Of a DNA stretch of 64,000 nt, positions 1-12,340 are shown piece after piece. The first letter of the stretch is position 1; each line of letters begins with the position of its first letter. Both the position numbers and the translations under genes were made by a program. Source of the DNA: Octopus vulgaris (lineage: Eukaryota); the NCBI GenBank assembly GCA_951406725.2, contig OX597826.1, positions 15,996,001 to 16,060,000 of the forward strand, written 5' to 3'. Below the pieces are notes generated by a model, which was given only the letters and a program-made list of their open reading frames with translations, was not told the origin of the DNA and ran no database searches.

Positions 1-142
1 ACCCTAACTTGGTGGAATTATAATCAGGAGACATCATTAAGGAAAGAAACATCTTAATTGCAAGTGAAATTAAGTAAAAAATAAAGTGAACTCGTGAAAA
101 ATGTCGCATGTCTTTAGGGAACATTGAAGTTAACAACTGGCA

Positions 143-900
143 TCTCTTATTATAAAAGGCAGATTTTATCTGCCTCCCTTTGTCAGTTATAGAAATCTAC
201 AATATAGGATTTCTTCAATTACAATTTATCTAGCATTTTTAAGAGTAGAATGCATCGGGTCATGCCAGGTCCAGTTTTTAAAATTTCAACCCCAATTAAG
301 CAAAATTTACAGAAAACTCACTCTTAATGTGGGCTACAGCACTCGCACACACACACACACACAAAAAGGAGCGAGCTCATTCACTCACGCTATCACTCAT
401 TTCTACGACTTTCTCTTTGCAAGTAAAGTGAAACTAATTCGATAAAACGAGAGAAGTGTACCTTAAACCATTACTAAAAAAAAACAGCAAACAGAAACAA
501 ATAAATACATAACGATTTACTCCTCACACAATTTCTTCAATTAGAGTGTACCCATGATTTTTCAGAGTACCTTCAGTGGGTGATGCCATAAAAAATGTCT
601 TTCAATTTTACCACCAATTAAGACAAAATTCGAGAAAACTCAATATTTTAACATTTCACTCCGAAAGCATTGATGTACATGTGTGCGTGCGTGAGTGTGT
701 GTGTGTCATTCCTCACACACACGCATACACATACATATATGAGAGTGGCAAACACACACGTTTCAAACAACTACATACAAACACGTGTGTGTTTGTTATT
801 AGTAAAAAAGGCGTCAAAACACAACTCACTTATCATTCCAACACATTTGCTATAACAATACAGAAAAGGTAAATTGGTTTTTATTTTACTCTGTATATAT
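143..900 (+). mobile_element. Probable non-autonomous Helitron-like element, 5' part with an internal diverged direct repeat
   Basis: Starts A|TCTCTTATTATAAAAGG, resembling the TC-TATA start of the element at 1345. Segments ~210-320 and ~533-643 are diverged direct copies. No 3' CTRR end located. Confidence 0.4.
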
Positions 901-1014
901 TTTATTATATAATATTATATATAGATATATGTATATATAATTGCAGTATGAAACAGTGTTTATGTATAAACAGACGACACTTATATATAGTTATTAATAA
1001 ATGTATGCATCCGT

Positions 1015-1330
1015 TTAACCCTTTCGTTACCAAACCGCCCGAATTTACCTATTCATATTTAAATGAGAATATCAGAGTAAATCTCTTTAGTACATTCGTG
1101 AAAACACGTATTATACTTCGTAAAGAGTTCAACTACAGTTTTGTACAAAAATCGAAGTGTAATTTTAATTCCCTGAATTATGGGAGATTTTTTTCCGAAA
1201 TTTGTTCCTATTGTGTTTTCAAAATTTGTAATTCTGACAAAAAATGGATACGAATTTCATTATATCAAGCAGCGAGTCAGAATTCGAAGGATTTTCTACT
1301 GAAGACCTTCATAAATCTAACTCTATGACT
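1015..1330 (+). mobile_element. piggyBac-like left end with remnant of the transposase N-terminus
   Basis: TTAA (1015-1018) followed by CCCTTTCGTTACC. ORF 1244 starts MDTNFIISSSESEFEGFSTEDL, an acidic N-terminus typical of piggyBac transposases. Right end not found. Confidence 0.5.
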
Positions 1331-1344
1331 GAAAAAAAAAAGCA

Positions 1345-1739
1345 TCTTTATATAAGAGTGAAGTTGTGTGTATGTCTCCTACGATTTAGATTTGTAACTA
1401 CTCCCACATTTTGCGGTGCAGTTTAACCAAAAGCGTGTATCTTATAGTCGTGATTCATATCGAGCCCTTCTGGGTATTAGCGTGCGTCTACGATGAGACT
1501 ACGATTTAAAAAAAATTTACCATCATATTTTTCCATTTTAATGCATTTTTGTCGCTTTTATATAAGGGAAGTAACTCTCTAAAAATATCTACGATGTGTC
1601 AACGATTTAAAAAAAAATTTACCTTAATTATTTTTCAATTTTTAATGCATTTTTTGCTATTTTTTGGCTATAACTCTCTAAAAATGCTTATATAGTTATT
1701 TCCCTTACAAACCCGAGCAACGCCGGGCGATACTGCTAG
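1345..1739 (+). mobile_element. Non-autonomous Helitron
   Basis: 5' TC, 3' hairpin CCCGAGCAACGCCGGG (1712-1727), terminal CTAG (1736-1739), inserted between A1344 and T1740 with no TSD. Confidence 0.85.
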
Positions 1740-1860
1740 TCATTATATAAATGTTTATTTTAGAGTTTATAAGTATATGGCAATGCGCTTCTATTCAACA
1801 ACAGAAAAGGTAAATTATATCTGACTGTCAATCCATCTCACTATATTTCTCTCTTTGTAA

Positions 1861-2071
1861 GGCGGCGAGCGAGCAGAAACGTTAGCATTCCGGGCGAAAT
1901 TCTTAGCGGTATTTCGTCGGTCTTTACGTTCTGAGTTTAAATTCCGCCGTGGCCAACTTTGCCTTTCATCCCTTCGGGATCGATAAATTAAGTGCCAGTT
2001 GCATACTGGGTTGATCTAATCAACTGGCCCCCTCCCTCAAAATTTCAGGTCTTGTGCCTAGAGTAGAAAAG
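1861..2071 (+). mobile_element. tRNA-derived SINE, family A (Meta/MESC-like core)
   Basis: GGCGGCGAGC..GCAGAAACGTTAGC head, GAGTTTAAATTCC B-box-like motif, core CTTTGCCTTTCATCC..TCGATAAATTAAGTGCCAG. About ten copies or fragments in the window. Confidence 0.85.
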
Positions 2072-4804
2072 TGTGTTTCTCTCTTTGGACATGTGTGTGA
2101 GTGTGCCTATGTGCGTGTTTCTTAGTGTATGTAAGTGGTGTATGTATGGGCAATGAATGACAGACAAGACACTTATTCCATTGGTGCCACGGTGTTCCGG
2201 ATTTTTCTCTTGTAATAAGTACCAATGAGGTGCCGACACTCCTTCCATTAGTATATCATCAATGACATTGTGGGTCTAGGTTAAGAAAGCCAAAATGTGT
2301 CTATGTCTGCTCAAAAGTCCATAGCTTCCTGAAACATTTAGTAAAAGCACGGTATATGTAACAAGAAGAGAAAACTGGTTGAAATTACATATCAGAAAAT
2401 GAAAATATATATCCGGAATTTTCATTTTTATTTGTTTATTTATAATTTGAACTCTTTTTTTACCCTCTAATCTAAAAGTGATGAATTTCATTTTATTGAT
2501 ACTATACACGACACATTTTTTCTTCGGTTATGTATGTTATACGATAAAATGAAATTGGCGTTTATAAATATGATCTAAATCCATATTGCGTACTCATATC
2601 TTATATCCTTTTATGCTTTATTTTTATCAATGTTCCCCTTCGCGTTTCAGTATAAATATGCCATTTCTTATTTCCAGTAACTGAAATGAGGTACTGAATA
2701 TTTGGATTAAGCATTATTTATCCTGTGGCTAATAATATTCGTTATGATTTGTTAAGGTGGTGTTCACTTTCCTCCCTTCATCCTTGCCCTTCTCTTGTTC
2801 TTTTTCTTCCCACCTGTCTTCCTTCTCTACAACTCTCCCTTCTTCCTTTTATTTTGTCATTACAATGATGGGATACTTATCCTATTGATTAGTATATTAT
2901 TTCATTGTGCGACTGTTACTACGCAGACCCCCATTAAACATAACTCTGATGTAATGCATACTAGCAATGGCAATTCTGTAATTCTTTCAAAGTAGCCCAC
3001 TGCAAGATTCTGGGGCATAATATATGCGGTATTTAGATGCTATTTCATATATTTTGTGTCGCTTAAATGTAACCTCTTTTTCAGGCTCATTTTTGATTAT
3101 TTCCTTGCAATTTCTAGTGATGAAGAAAACATCTGTGTGAAAATTAATGAAATAATGCTACTTTGCATCTAATCCGGAGTATACTTTCATAAATATTAGG
3201 AAGATACAACGACATTATTTTCTTTTAATAATTTCTATATATCATATATGGCAAAATACAACTTGTGTGTAATGCATAGAAACTGTGAAGATAGCATTTG
3301 TCAGCATGAACATAAAATGAATGAAGATAGGTATAGTGAAAAGTTAAGAAAGAAAATATTTTTTTTAAAAAAGGGATATAAAGATGCTATTTTGGTAAAA
3401 TACATGATTTTTTTAATGGTTTTAATATGATATGGATTTTTGTGTGTGCAATCATATTATTTCGCACACATCTCTTCATGCATATACACAAATAGAGTTT
3501 ATAAGTATATATAAATCTATATATCAACACATAGGACGCTAGAAAAATGTAAACGCTGCATACTTAAAAGTGGAGGTGTGTGCGAATGTCTGAGTGTTTT
3601 CGATATCTGTGAATAAAACATTATTTTGACTTCTATCATGAAATTACTGCTGAGTTAGTCAATAATACTATACATTAAATATTGTATGATAATCTATATG
3701 CGTATTTAAAAAAACGTCTCTCATTCTGATTTGATTTTTTTTCATAAATCTTCAATTTCAGTTTTGCAAAAACGTTTTTTTTTTTACAGTCATGTTTATC
3801 ACTATTTTTTTCCTTCCTATATATCATTACTCTTTCCTGTGCAGAGTGTCAACAGAAATTAGGCCTCTCAAGTAATATTTGTTCAATTACCACCTTTGAA
3901 AGATTCTCAATCATCAATATATTTATCTCATATAATTTCCTCTAACTTGTTTATTATGGCGAATACGTTTGTAAATAATCAGACGTGCATATGAATATTT
4001 CCCCTTCCTTTTAACGTCCATTAAACTCTGGATACGCAAGTTATAGGTCTACTTCTGATTGGTTGGGTTGCTGGATGAGTGTATTGGAGATTGATATGAT
4101 TTTCCACTCTATATTAACCATTACGTAACTTGGTGTTTTCTATGAATAACAGGGAGGTCCTTGCAGTGTTTAGTTACTTTTTAATACGGTCTTCGAATTT
4201 AACTTCCATGATTCTGCTAAAAATTCTCCTCATCGATCATGTATTTGGGTGAATTTTAACGGCTTACGCAACACAAATTTATGTTGTGTTTGTATAACAA
4301 GTGATCATTATTTCCACTAACCATTATGAAGGATTGTACGTTGACGTAAAGTAAATCTTCTTTGTTCATAATCTTTATATGAGATTACTGAAGAGCAAGT
4401 TATAATGTGCATCTTTCAATAAAATGGATAATATCCATAAAATTAAGTAACAATTGCTCAACTCCCCTGCAAATTGCGTAGCATTCTTTACGGTCTGTCT
4501 ATCTGTTGTCTATCTAAATGTCCGTCTGTCTGTGTTTCCCTATGTGTATGCATGTATGTATGTGTATATGCATATTTATATATAATTGAAACAAAAATAC
4601 CTGTGACACGTTAATGAACAATATAGACAAGTACAGATGTAGCAAATCCATAGTAGCTGCTGAATGGCTTATTGACCATTGTTTTGATGTTGATTTTCGC
4701 ACATTTTATAAGTTAACTAACACTTTGTTCATACGTCTCATCGGCCAGTACTCCACTTTAACTATTCTGTATTTGTATTCAAAGAACCTAGGTTTTATTT
4801 AGTA

Positions 4805-5095
4805 CTAGCAGTATCGCCCGGCGTTGCTCGGGTTTGTAAGGGAAATAACTATATAAGCATTTTTAGAGAGTTAATTCCCTTATATAATAGCAAAAAAATG
4901 CATTAAAAATGGGAAAAATGGTGGTAATTTTTTTTTTAAATCGTAGACTCATTGTAGACGCGCGCTAATACTCAGAAAGGCTCGATATGATTCACGACTA
5001 CCTGCTTTTGGTCAAACTGCACCGCAAAATGTGGGAGTAGTTAGGAATCTAAATTGCAGGAGACAGGCACACAACTTAACTTTTATATATAAAGA
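4805..5095 (-). mobile_element. Non-autonomous Helitron, shorter copy of the 1345-1739 family
   Basis: Reverse complement has the same TC start, hairpin and CTAG end, at an A|T target. Confidence 0.85.
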
Positions 5096-7664
5096 TAACA
5101 CCTCACCTCACCGAATTTTAACAATCCCCTTTAGGGAATAATTCTCTACTGATTTTATAATTCAGATTGGTTTTTAAACATCAAAAATTATAATAATTGT
5201 TTTCCTTAAGCTCAATTTTAGAACAACGGTAAACGTGCATTATTGTTTCTCGTTCTTATTAAGCTTTCGAAATGGAAGTGAAAATAATTGCATTTAACTT
5301 AAATTTCGCATACGTGTGCATCATCCTCTTCAGATGATGATAAAATGCACACATGCATGCATATGTGCTGAATGCTTTGAGTTGTTTAACGTCAATTGGA
5401 TTGGGATAAAACTATAAATCCACAGTAACTAGTCGGATGTTTGTTTAATATCTGCAGTCACGAAAGGAAAAGAAATAACGAATATGTAACTCTGTAGCGA
5501 ACAAATATTTGAAAATGTATAAAATAGCGATATGTTGGGTTTCTAGAAATCAATGTGCTTCTGCATATATCTGTAGATGTTTGTTCTTTCATGTTTACTG
5601 CTTCAGTGAATATCGTGTATTTTAGTTTTAAATACATATTAACAGAATGCTTCATGTGAATTAAGACAATTAGGAAAATGAAGTTTAACCAACCATAATA
5701 ATTGATTTGGTGAGATTCTAAATATAAATAATAGATAAATGAGAGAAAATCTAAAAAAATAAAGACAGAAACAAGTAATATAAAAAATACGTGATATAAT
5801 GCATGAACAATTTCGTAATAGCAATATCTATCGTTCTGAATATGGATTTCCGTCGGTTTCGACGATGCATACTTGGACTGTTTGATTAACTGAACATCCT
5901 ACTATAATTATTCTGTAGCTCCCTGCGTGTTCTAATAATATTTTTTGTATAAGTGCCTCAGTGACCCACTGGCACATGAGTCTTTAAGACTCCTCAAGTA
6001 GAATCTTCTTGATAAAGTTTGTGACAAGGCTTATTCTTCGAATTACATGTACGTTCAGTCCCTGGTAATATTCCAGCTACCCCCGACCTAGTCTCTTTCA
6101 TATGGTTCGAGTTAGTCAATGAGAAGCAAAATTCAACACAGAATGTGCCAATGCTCAGAGGCTTTCCTTCTATGAGCAGCCTGCTTCAGTAATTCAGTGA
6201 AATATATTATACTTCTTAAAGATGTTTTCTGCAGTTGGAGGAAGATGAAGCTGCTACTTCTTGCAAATCATAAGATTAGGTTTATTCTTTCTGAACTTGA
6301 CCTTCGTTGATGCAAATATTTTAGAAGAGATTTAATCAACAAAATCTATTACCAATATTTCATCAAATGAAATATTTTAACACATTAATTGTTCTATCTT
6401 TTACACTGCTCAAGCATTAAACTGGCTATTATTTTAATTTAGTGCGTGCTAATCAAATATAAAATACTATATTTCTGATATTTTACTGATTCTGCTATCT
6501 AACTGGCACAAATTATTGAATGTTGAATATGTTTAGTGATCCGTAAAATCCAAAAACGAAATTAAATACGTGCCGGTGGTATATATAAACGTATTCGAGT
6601 TACTTAGGAATTTGCATCATAATGTAGCTGTTTTTTAGCATCCAGGCAACTGCGATCGAACGCTATGAACATATCATTCCAGTGCAGTGTATTCCATATG
6701 TAGGTGTATCTAGAAATAAAATACCCGACGTTATTTTAGATATCAAGTATCTAAAAATCCTTCCATTATGTATACGTGTAAATTGAAAGAGATTAGACCG
6801 CTATCTCCAACAATTTCTGCTACCATGATAATTTATCCACATTCGAAGTTTGTGTCATGTGATGCTTTTGTATCGCCGGTCGCATAAATTTCCCCTTAGT
6901 GTCAGGTTCTCGCTCGTCCACTGTCAGATGATTGCCGCTCTTCGATCAAATCCTGTTCCCAAAACAATATGTGGGTGATTGAACATTTGATTCTCTAACA
7001 AACGCATTGAAGATTCTTTCTCACAAATATCCCTCTGGAAAATGCTCACCTGGTGGGAGTCTAATATATTTAGAAACCGCCATTGCAACTGCTTATAGTG
7101 GGGTATACCTTTTCTTTTGATGGTATCAATGTGCTGTGAATTACGCGTTATAGTCAGTGTCCAATGAGAAATACTATTGGAGACAAAGCCAATACTTTGA
7201 ATAATTAGTAAATTGCATAACATCAATTATAATAGTTATAATTAGATTTGCCATTTACAACGAAATCTCTGGAGGAGAACTGCTCGCTTTAGTGTTTGCC
7301 TTATTGTTACAATATGAAGAATTATATGTCAAGTCATACTTTTCTGATATACGTGCAAAGACCGACAGAACACTATTAATGTGACGGCGGATATTGCGTA
7401 TCTTTCTCTATTTATGGTAGTGATGTAGAATTAAAACATTTACATATAAAAGTTGCAAAATTATGTAAGAATACAGAGGAGTACACAGTGGCATAAGAAA
7501 GGGTAGTAGTTTATTGATGCTCATCGAACGGTCTGAATTTCTGACTTTTCTATGACACCTTGTCGGCTTCAGAGACGTTATGGACAGGGACATCTATGCC
7601 AATAGATGTACGCTGTATAATGTGTGTATATGTATTTAATTATCTATGTATGTATGCGTGTATC

Positions 7665-7770
<106 letters not shown>

Positions 7771-8278
7771 TTTTAATTTAGAATGGAAACGATCGCAAAT
7801 TTTTCTATCTGATTTGCTTGGAGAAATGTTGAGATAATTCTTTACATGAAACCAATGGTATCCTTAATACACAAATAAAGTAGAGATGCATGTATGTATG
7901 CATATATATTTCTGAAAGTAACTACTTCCTTTCAAGTGTGTGAAAAAAACGCGTAGGTGACATGCATTTGCTTGAGAAATATTTAGTATTGTTTCACTTC
8001 TCCAAAACAGCTAGGTTCTTAGAAACACTACTGTATCAGCTATATTAATGCAATCCCACGAATTTATATTTGACATACTTCAACAGAGAGAAACGTGCAG
8101 TACATATTATATTGTGGACGTAAATACTGATTAATAACCTGTTTGTAGGAACGTATTTCGTTACATTCATTTTCCAACAATTATTTGATGTTCTATTAAA
8201 TCTACATTGCATTTATACTCATTGATTCACGTTGATTTAGGCTCGACATTTGAGCTCGCAGGATGTTGAAATGTTGAA

Positions 8279-8425
8279 TTTAGCACAGGGCCAGCAATTT
8301 TAGGAGAAGAGTAAACCAGTTACATCGACTTCAGTTTCCAACTGGTATTTATCTTATAGACTCCAGAAGGATGAAAATGACATTAGCGGAATTTGAATTC
8401 AGAACATAATAGCGGACGAAATACC
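8279..8425 (-). mobile_element. SINE family A fragment, local inverted duplicate of 8948-9094
   Basis: Shares private changes (GCTAATGTC-TTTTCATCCTTCTGGAGTCTATAAG) with the neighbouring copy. Confidence 0.85.
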
Positions 8426-8902
8426 TAGCTGTTTTGGAGAAGTGAAACAATACCAAATATTTCTCAAGCAAATGCATGTCACCTACGGGTTTTTTTGCAA
8501 AACAAAATATTGGTTCGTCTGTAGAGCTATTGTACCGCCACAGATGTAACACAGAATCCTTTACTTGGTTATTGAGTGCTTTCACCTATTGCATGAGACT
8601 CGATTACTGCAATCTGTTTTCATATTTACAAATCATATTAACAATGTCAACAAGATGTCACCGTAAAAATGATCATCAAATAAACATAGTAAACACATAT
8701 AGAAATTATCTAAATATTGCAACGATATTTATTATATACCTGCTTTTTATCAACTCTTTTTATTGCCTGCTTTCAACATATATATCCAGTCAATTAATTA
8801 AATTTATGGTTGAGCAACACTTCATGCAATGTTTTATAATTTTATTGCAAACGTTTTCCATTTACTGAATTTATTTATTCTAATATATTACATCTATAAA
8901 CA

Positions 8903-9165
8903 CGGCGAGCTGGCAGAATCGTTTGCACTTCGAGAAAAATGCTTAGCGGTATTTCGTCCGCTTTTATGTTCTGAATTCAAATTCCGCTAATGTCGTTTTC
9001 ATCCTTCTGGAGTCTATAAGATAAATACCAGTTTGAAACTGAAGTCGATGTAACCGGCTTACTCTTCTCCTAAAATTGCTGGTCCTGTGCTAAAATTTGA
9101 AACTAATATATTATTTTCTACTCTAGGCACAAGGCCCGAAATTCTTGAGGAGAGGACAAATCGAT
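8903..9165 (+). mobile_element. SINE family A copy plus an adjacent inverted tail fragment (9113-9165)
   Basis: CGGCGAGCTGGCAGAATCG head and family core and tail. Confidence 0.85.
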
Positions 9166-9299
9166 AAGCTTTTAGTAAAGGCATCCTTCAAAAAAGTTTG
9201 GTTTGTATTTCATAGAACTGCAAAGAGAAGTCTAAATCTTAAACTAGAGCCGAACAACAAAACATAGAATCTGATGTGACAGATATATTTTCTTCGGAA

Positions 9300-9735
9300 C
9301 ACGGCAAGAGAGCAGAGACAGAAAATATTAAATGTTTAAATTTCTGGTTTCCCTATGTCCTTCTGTGATTCTAGCAACTTTTGATAAGCTTTCTTCACTA
9401 TCACCTATGTAGCAGTTTATAGCTACTCCAGCTAACTCCACCCAGAATTCTACTAATATGACACTCTACCACCTTCTTTCTTGGTAAGTATTACCTTGCT
9501 ACACCTGTTTTTGGTTGAGTCCTCTTTTCATATTGAATTCCTTCCTAGTACTTCTGTCTAGCTTTGCTAATTCAGTTTTTGTACACTCTACAAAAGCTGC
9601 TGAGTATCTAAGTAACGATAATGCCAAAGTATTTACAACCTTCGCTAGATTCGAACCATTTAGCTTTCACTTCATTAGCTTCCTGACCTTTCTCTTGTAC
9701 TCCTTCTCAATTTTTGTTAATATCTCAATAGTTCT
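9300..9735 (-). pseudogene. R4/Dong-like non-LTR retrotransposon RT (thumb) fragment
   Basis: Minus-strand translation EKEYKRKVRKLMK*KLNGSNLAKVVNTLALSLLRYS..ELAKLDRSTRK, then a frameshifted match to the YLPRKEGGRG motif. Confidence 0.7.
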
Positions 9736-9756
9736 ATATTTAAGAGACAAGGAATT

Positions 9757-9888
9757 ACGTACATTATTCACATTTGACGGATATTTGCCCTCATTTTGTT
9801 TGATGTTAACACGTTTCGGTGTCTGGGAGAAATTTCAAATCTGGGTTCTAATTCCTAAGGTATTTTCGATGTCGTTGTTTTTTATTAC

Positions 9889-9954
<66 letters not shown>

Positions 9955-9965
9955 TACTATTATCA

Positions 9966-10059
<94 letters not shown>

Positions 10060-10060
10060 A

Positions 10061-10133
<73 letters not shown>

Positions 10134-10162
10134 CATTATTATTATTATTATTATTATTATCA

Positions 10163-10234
<72 letters not shown>

Positions 10235-10289
10235 TCAATGCCTGGAATCGAGCACGGAATCTTGGGGTTAGTAGCCCGCGCTCTTAACC
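9757..10289 (-). mobile_element. tRNA-headed repeat with internal (AAT)n tract and a distinct 3' tail
   Basis: Minus strand reads tRNA-like GGTTAAGAGCGCGGGCTACTAACCCCAAGATTCCGTGCTCGATTCCAGGCATTGACCTG, then ~345 bp (AAT)n, then a complex tail. Confidence 0.6.
9884..10230. repeat. (ATT)n microsatellite
   Basis: Seen directly; source of the poly-I/L/N ORFs. Confidence 0.98.
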
Positions 10290-10294
10290 CGTAT

Positions 10295-10369
10295 GGCCAT
10301 ATGGCGTAGTGGTTAAGAGTGCAGGCTACTAATCCCAAGACACCGAGTTTGATTCCAGGCAGTGACCTG
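10295..10369 (+). mobile_element. tRNA-like SINE head, inverted partner of 10231-10289
   Basis: A box TGGCGTAGTGG, B box GTTTGATTCC; imperfect acceptor and anticodon stems argue against a functional tRNA. Confidence 0.7.
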
Positions 10370-10551
10370 CGAAAACGACTTCACAGGTCCATGCAATGTG
10401 CTACGAAGTTCTTGGAAAGTATGGACTAACTTTTCCACGTACTGCGATGCAGTGCCAAAGATAATTCACGTTTGATTTTCGCTCATGTCACTCAAGACGC
10501 GCAGGTTTGCACTCAGTATTACGTTAAAAGGACCTAAAAAAAATAATAATA

Positions 10552-10583
<32 letters not shown>

Positions 10584-11015
10584 ATGATGCAATGCTAAGC
10601 ACTGTCTCTCATGCCTTGTGTTCTTAACTGATTGGAAGTGTTATCATGTAAATCCTTTATTATGGTATAAAAGATGGGCGAATATTCTGCTCAGTACTAC
10701 AGATTTACTTGTCAGTTGTTTGACGATAACCGGTTGAGCATGTTCCTTGATGGCTGATGGTATCTGCATCTCTGATCACAAGCAGAAGTTGTTGGGGAGT
10801 GTCATAGCCATGTGATGTGAGAAATTCTTTGGACTTTGAATAATTCACCTCTGGAAATAAGTTTGTTTTGTTCAACATCCTTAAACAACATTTACTGAGG
10901 AACATTTTGAGTGGGATGGGACACTCGGCCTGAAGAAAATTCTAACATGACCTACAAGGTCGCTCAATAAGGAAAATGATGAGAAGGAAACACGAATGAG
11001 AACAGCAGCTGCACT

Positions 11016-11046
11016 ATAGTAGTAGTAGTAGTAGTAGTAGTAGTAA

Positions 11047-11127
<81 letters not shown>

Positions 11128-11135
11128 TAGTAGTA

Positions 11136-11174
<39 letters not shown>

Positions 11175-11183
11175 CAGTAGTAG
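11016..11183. repeat. (TAG)n/(CAG)n microsatellite
   Basis: Seen directly. Confidence 0.95.
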
Positions 11184-11279
11184 TTGTGAAATCATCTAAA
11201 AAGTTGTAAGTTTATATAGAGCCATAAAATTAGTGTTTCTTTATAAATTGTATATTCTGCATTATTTTTATTTAAAAAC

Positions 11280-11630
11280 ATATTATTTCTTCTAGATCAG
11301 GCTGTAATTGAAGGAACATGACTTTGCCATTCTTCCAGCAACTCAGAAGACCATTTATAAATCGAAGAACTTCATAATAATTACAGAGAGCATTCATGTC
11401 ACCAACGTCATGATTTTCAAACATATATTTATAGTTCTCTTGACGTTCTCAGGCACTTTTATGTTATATTCTTGAACACGTTCCCTTATCTGGTATAAAT
11501 ACTCGCTCTATACTCATTGATGCTCCCATGCTTGTTCTAGAGATTTGGATCTTGCTTCTCTTTGCGTCATTATCTTCGCTGTTTCATTGTTCCTCTTGCT
11601 AGCCTACATCGTCTGTCATCCATATTGTAT
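11280..11630 (-). pseudogene. Helitron Rep N-terminal zinc-finger region fragment
   Basis: Minus-strand translation HDVGDMNALCNYY and CWKNGKVMFLQL (frameshifted) match the Helitron GxMxxxCxxC..CCxxGKV motif also seen near 46370-46460. Confidence 0.55.
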
Positions 11631-12100
11631 AAACAAATATTAATTTTTAAACGAACAGACGATAAATAATTGCACTTATGCGCATGAGTTAAGTAATTGG
11701 CGATATCAAAAATTTCGTTCAATCAAAATGAAAAATCTACACTTTTCACAATCCACTCACCACCACCACCGCCATCACCATCACCACCTCCCTCACCATC
11801 ACCACCTCCATCACCATCACCACCACAACCATCATTATAGTTTTCAGTAACGAAACTCAATGTTATCTTGCAACCAAGATTATTCCATTTCACTTCAGTT
11901 CTGTTGTCTGCTTATATCTACTTTTCTTACTGTCAAAGTTCAAATAAAATGTTTAAAAAGAATAACATCCACGGCTATTTTGCTAAGTTATTTCTGTTTC
12001 ATTGAAACATCATTCTTTCTATTTATGATATGTGTATTATTTTTCCATAATCAGTCGAAACATCGACGTCGTTGTCAATATGGATAGATAGATAAATATA

Positions 12101-12340
12101 TATTTCTTTATTACCCACAAGGGGCTAAACATAGAGGGGTAAAACAAGGACAGACAAACGGATTAAGTCGATTACATCGACCCAGTGCGAAACTGGTACT
12201 TTATTTATAGACCACGAGAGGATGAAAGGCAAAGTCGACCTCGGCGGAATTTGAAGTCAGAATGTAACGACAGACGAAATACCTATTTCTTTACTACCCA
12301 CAAGGGGCTAAACACAGAGGAGACAGACAAACGGATTAAA
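12101..12340 (-). mobile_element. SINE family A, 5'-truncated, with a tandem extra tail
   Basis: Core and CCCCTTGTGGGTAGTAAAGAAATA-type tail match the full copy at 57082; the tail is present twice. Confidence 0.85.

Noticed and set aside
1-10. CCCTAA telomere-like hexamer
   Set aside because: Single unit only.
5285-5340. Hammerhead-like CTGAAGA..GCGAAA on the minus strand
   Set aside because: Stem I and the cleavage triplet do not register; at best a heavily decayed relic.
9515-10338. 264-aa and 167-aa ORFs, and the many YI/HT/CV-rich ORFs elsewhere
   Set aside because: Translations of microsatellites or antisense LINE sequence; no credible protein.
10295-10369. Possible tRNA gene (ACT anticodon position)
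   Set aside because: Mismatched stems, no terminator and an adjacent inverted copy fit a SINE head.
10590-10975. Repeat-like block, possibly LINE-derived
   Set aside because: Single copy in the window and no diagnostic motif I can verify.
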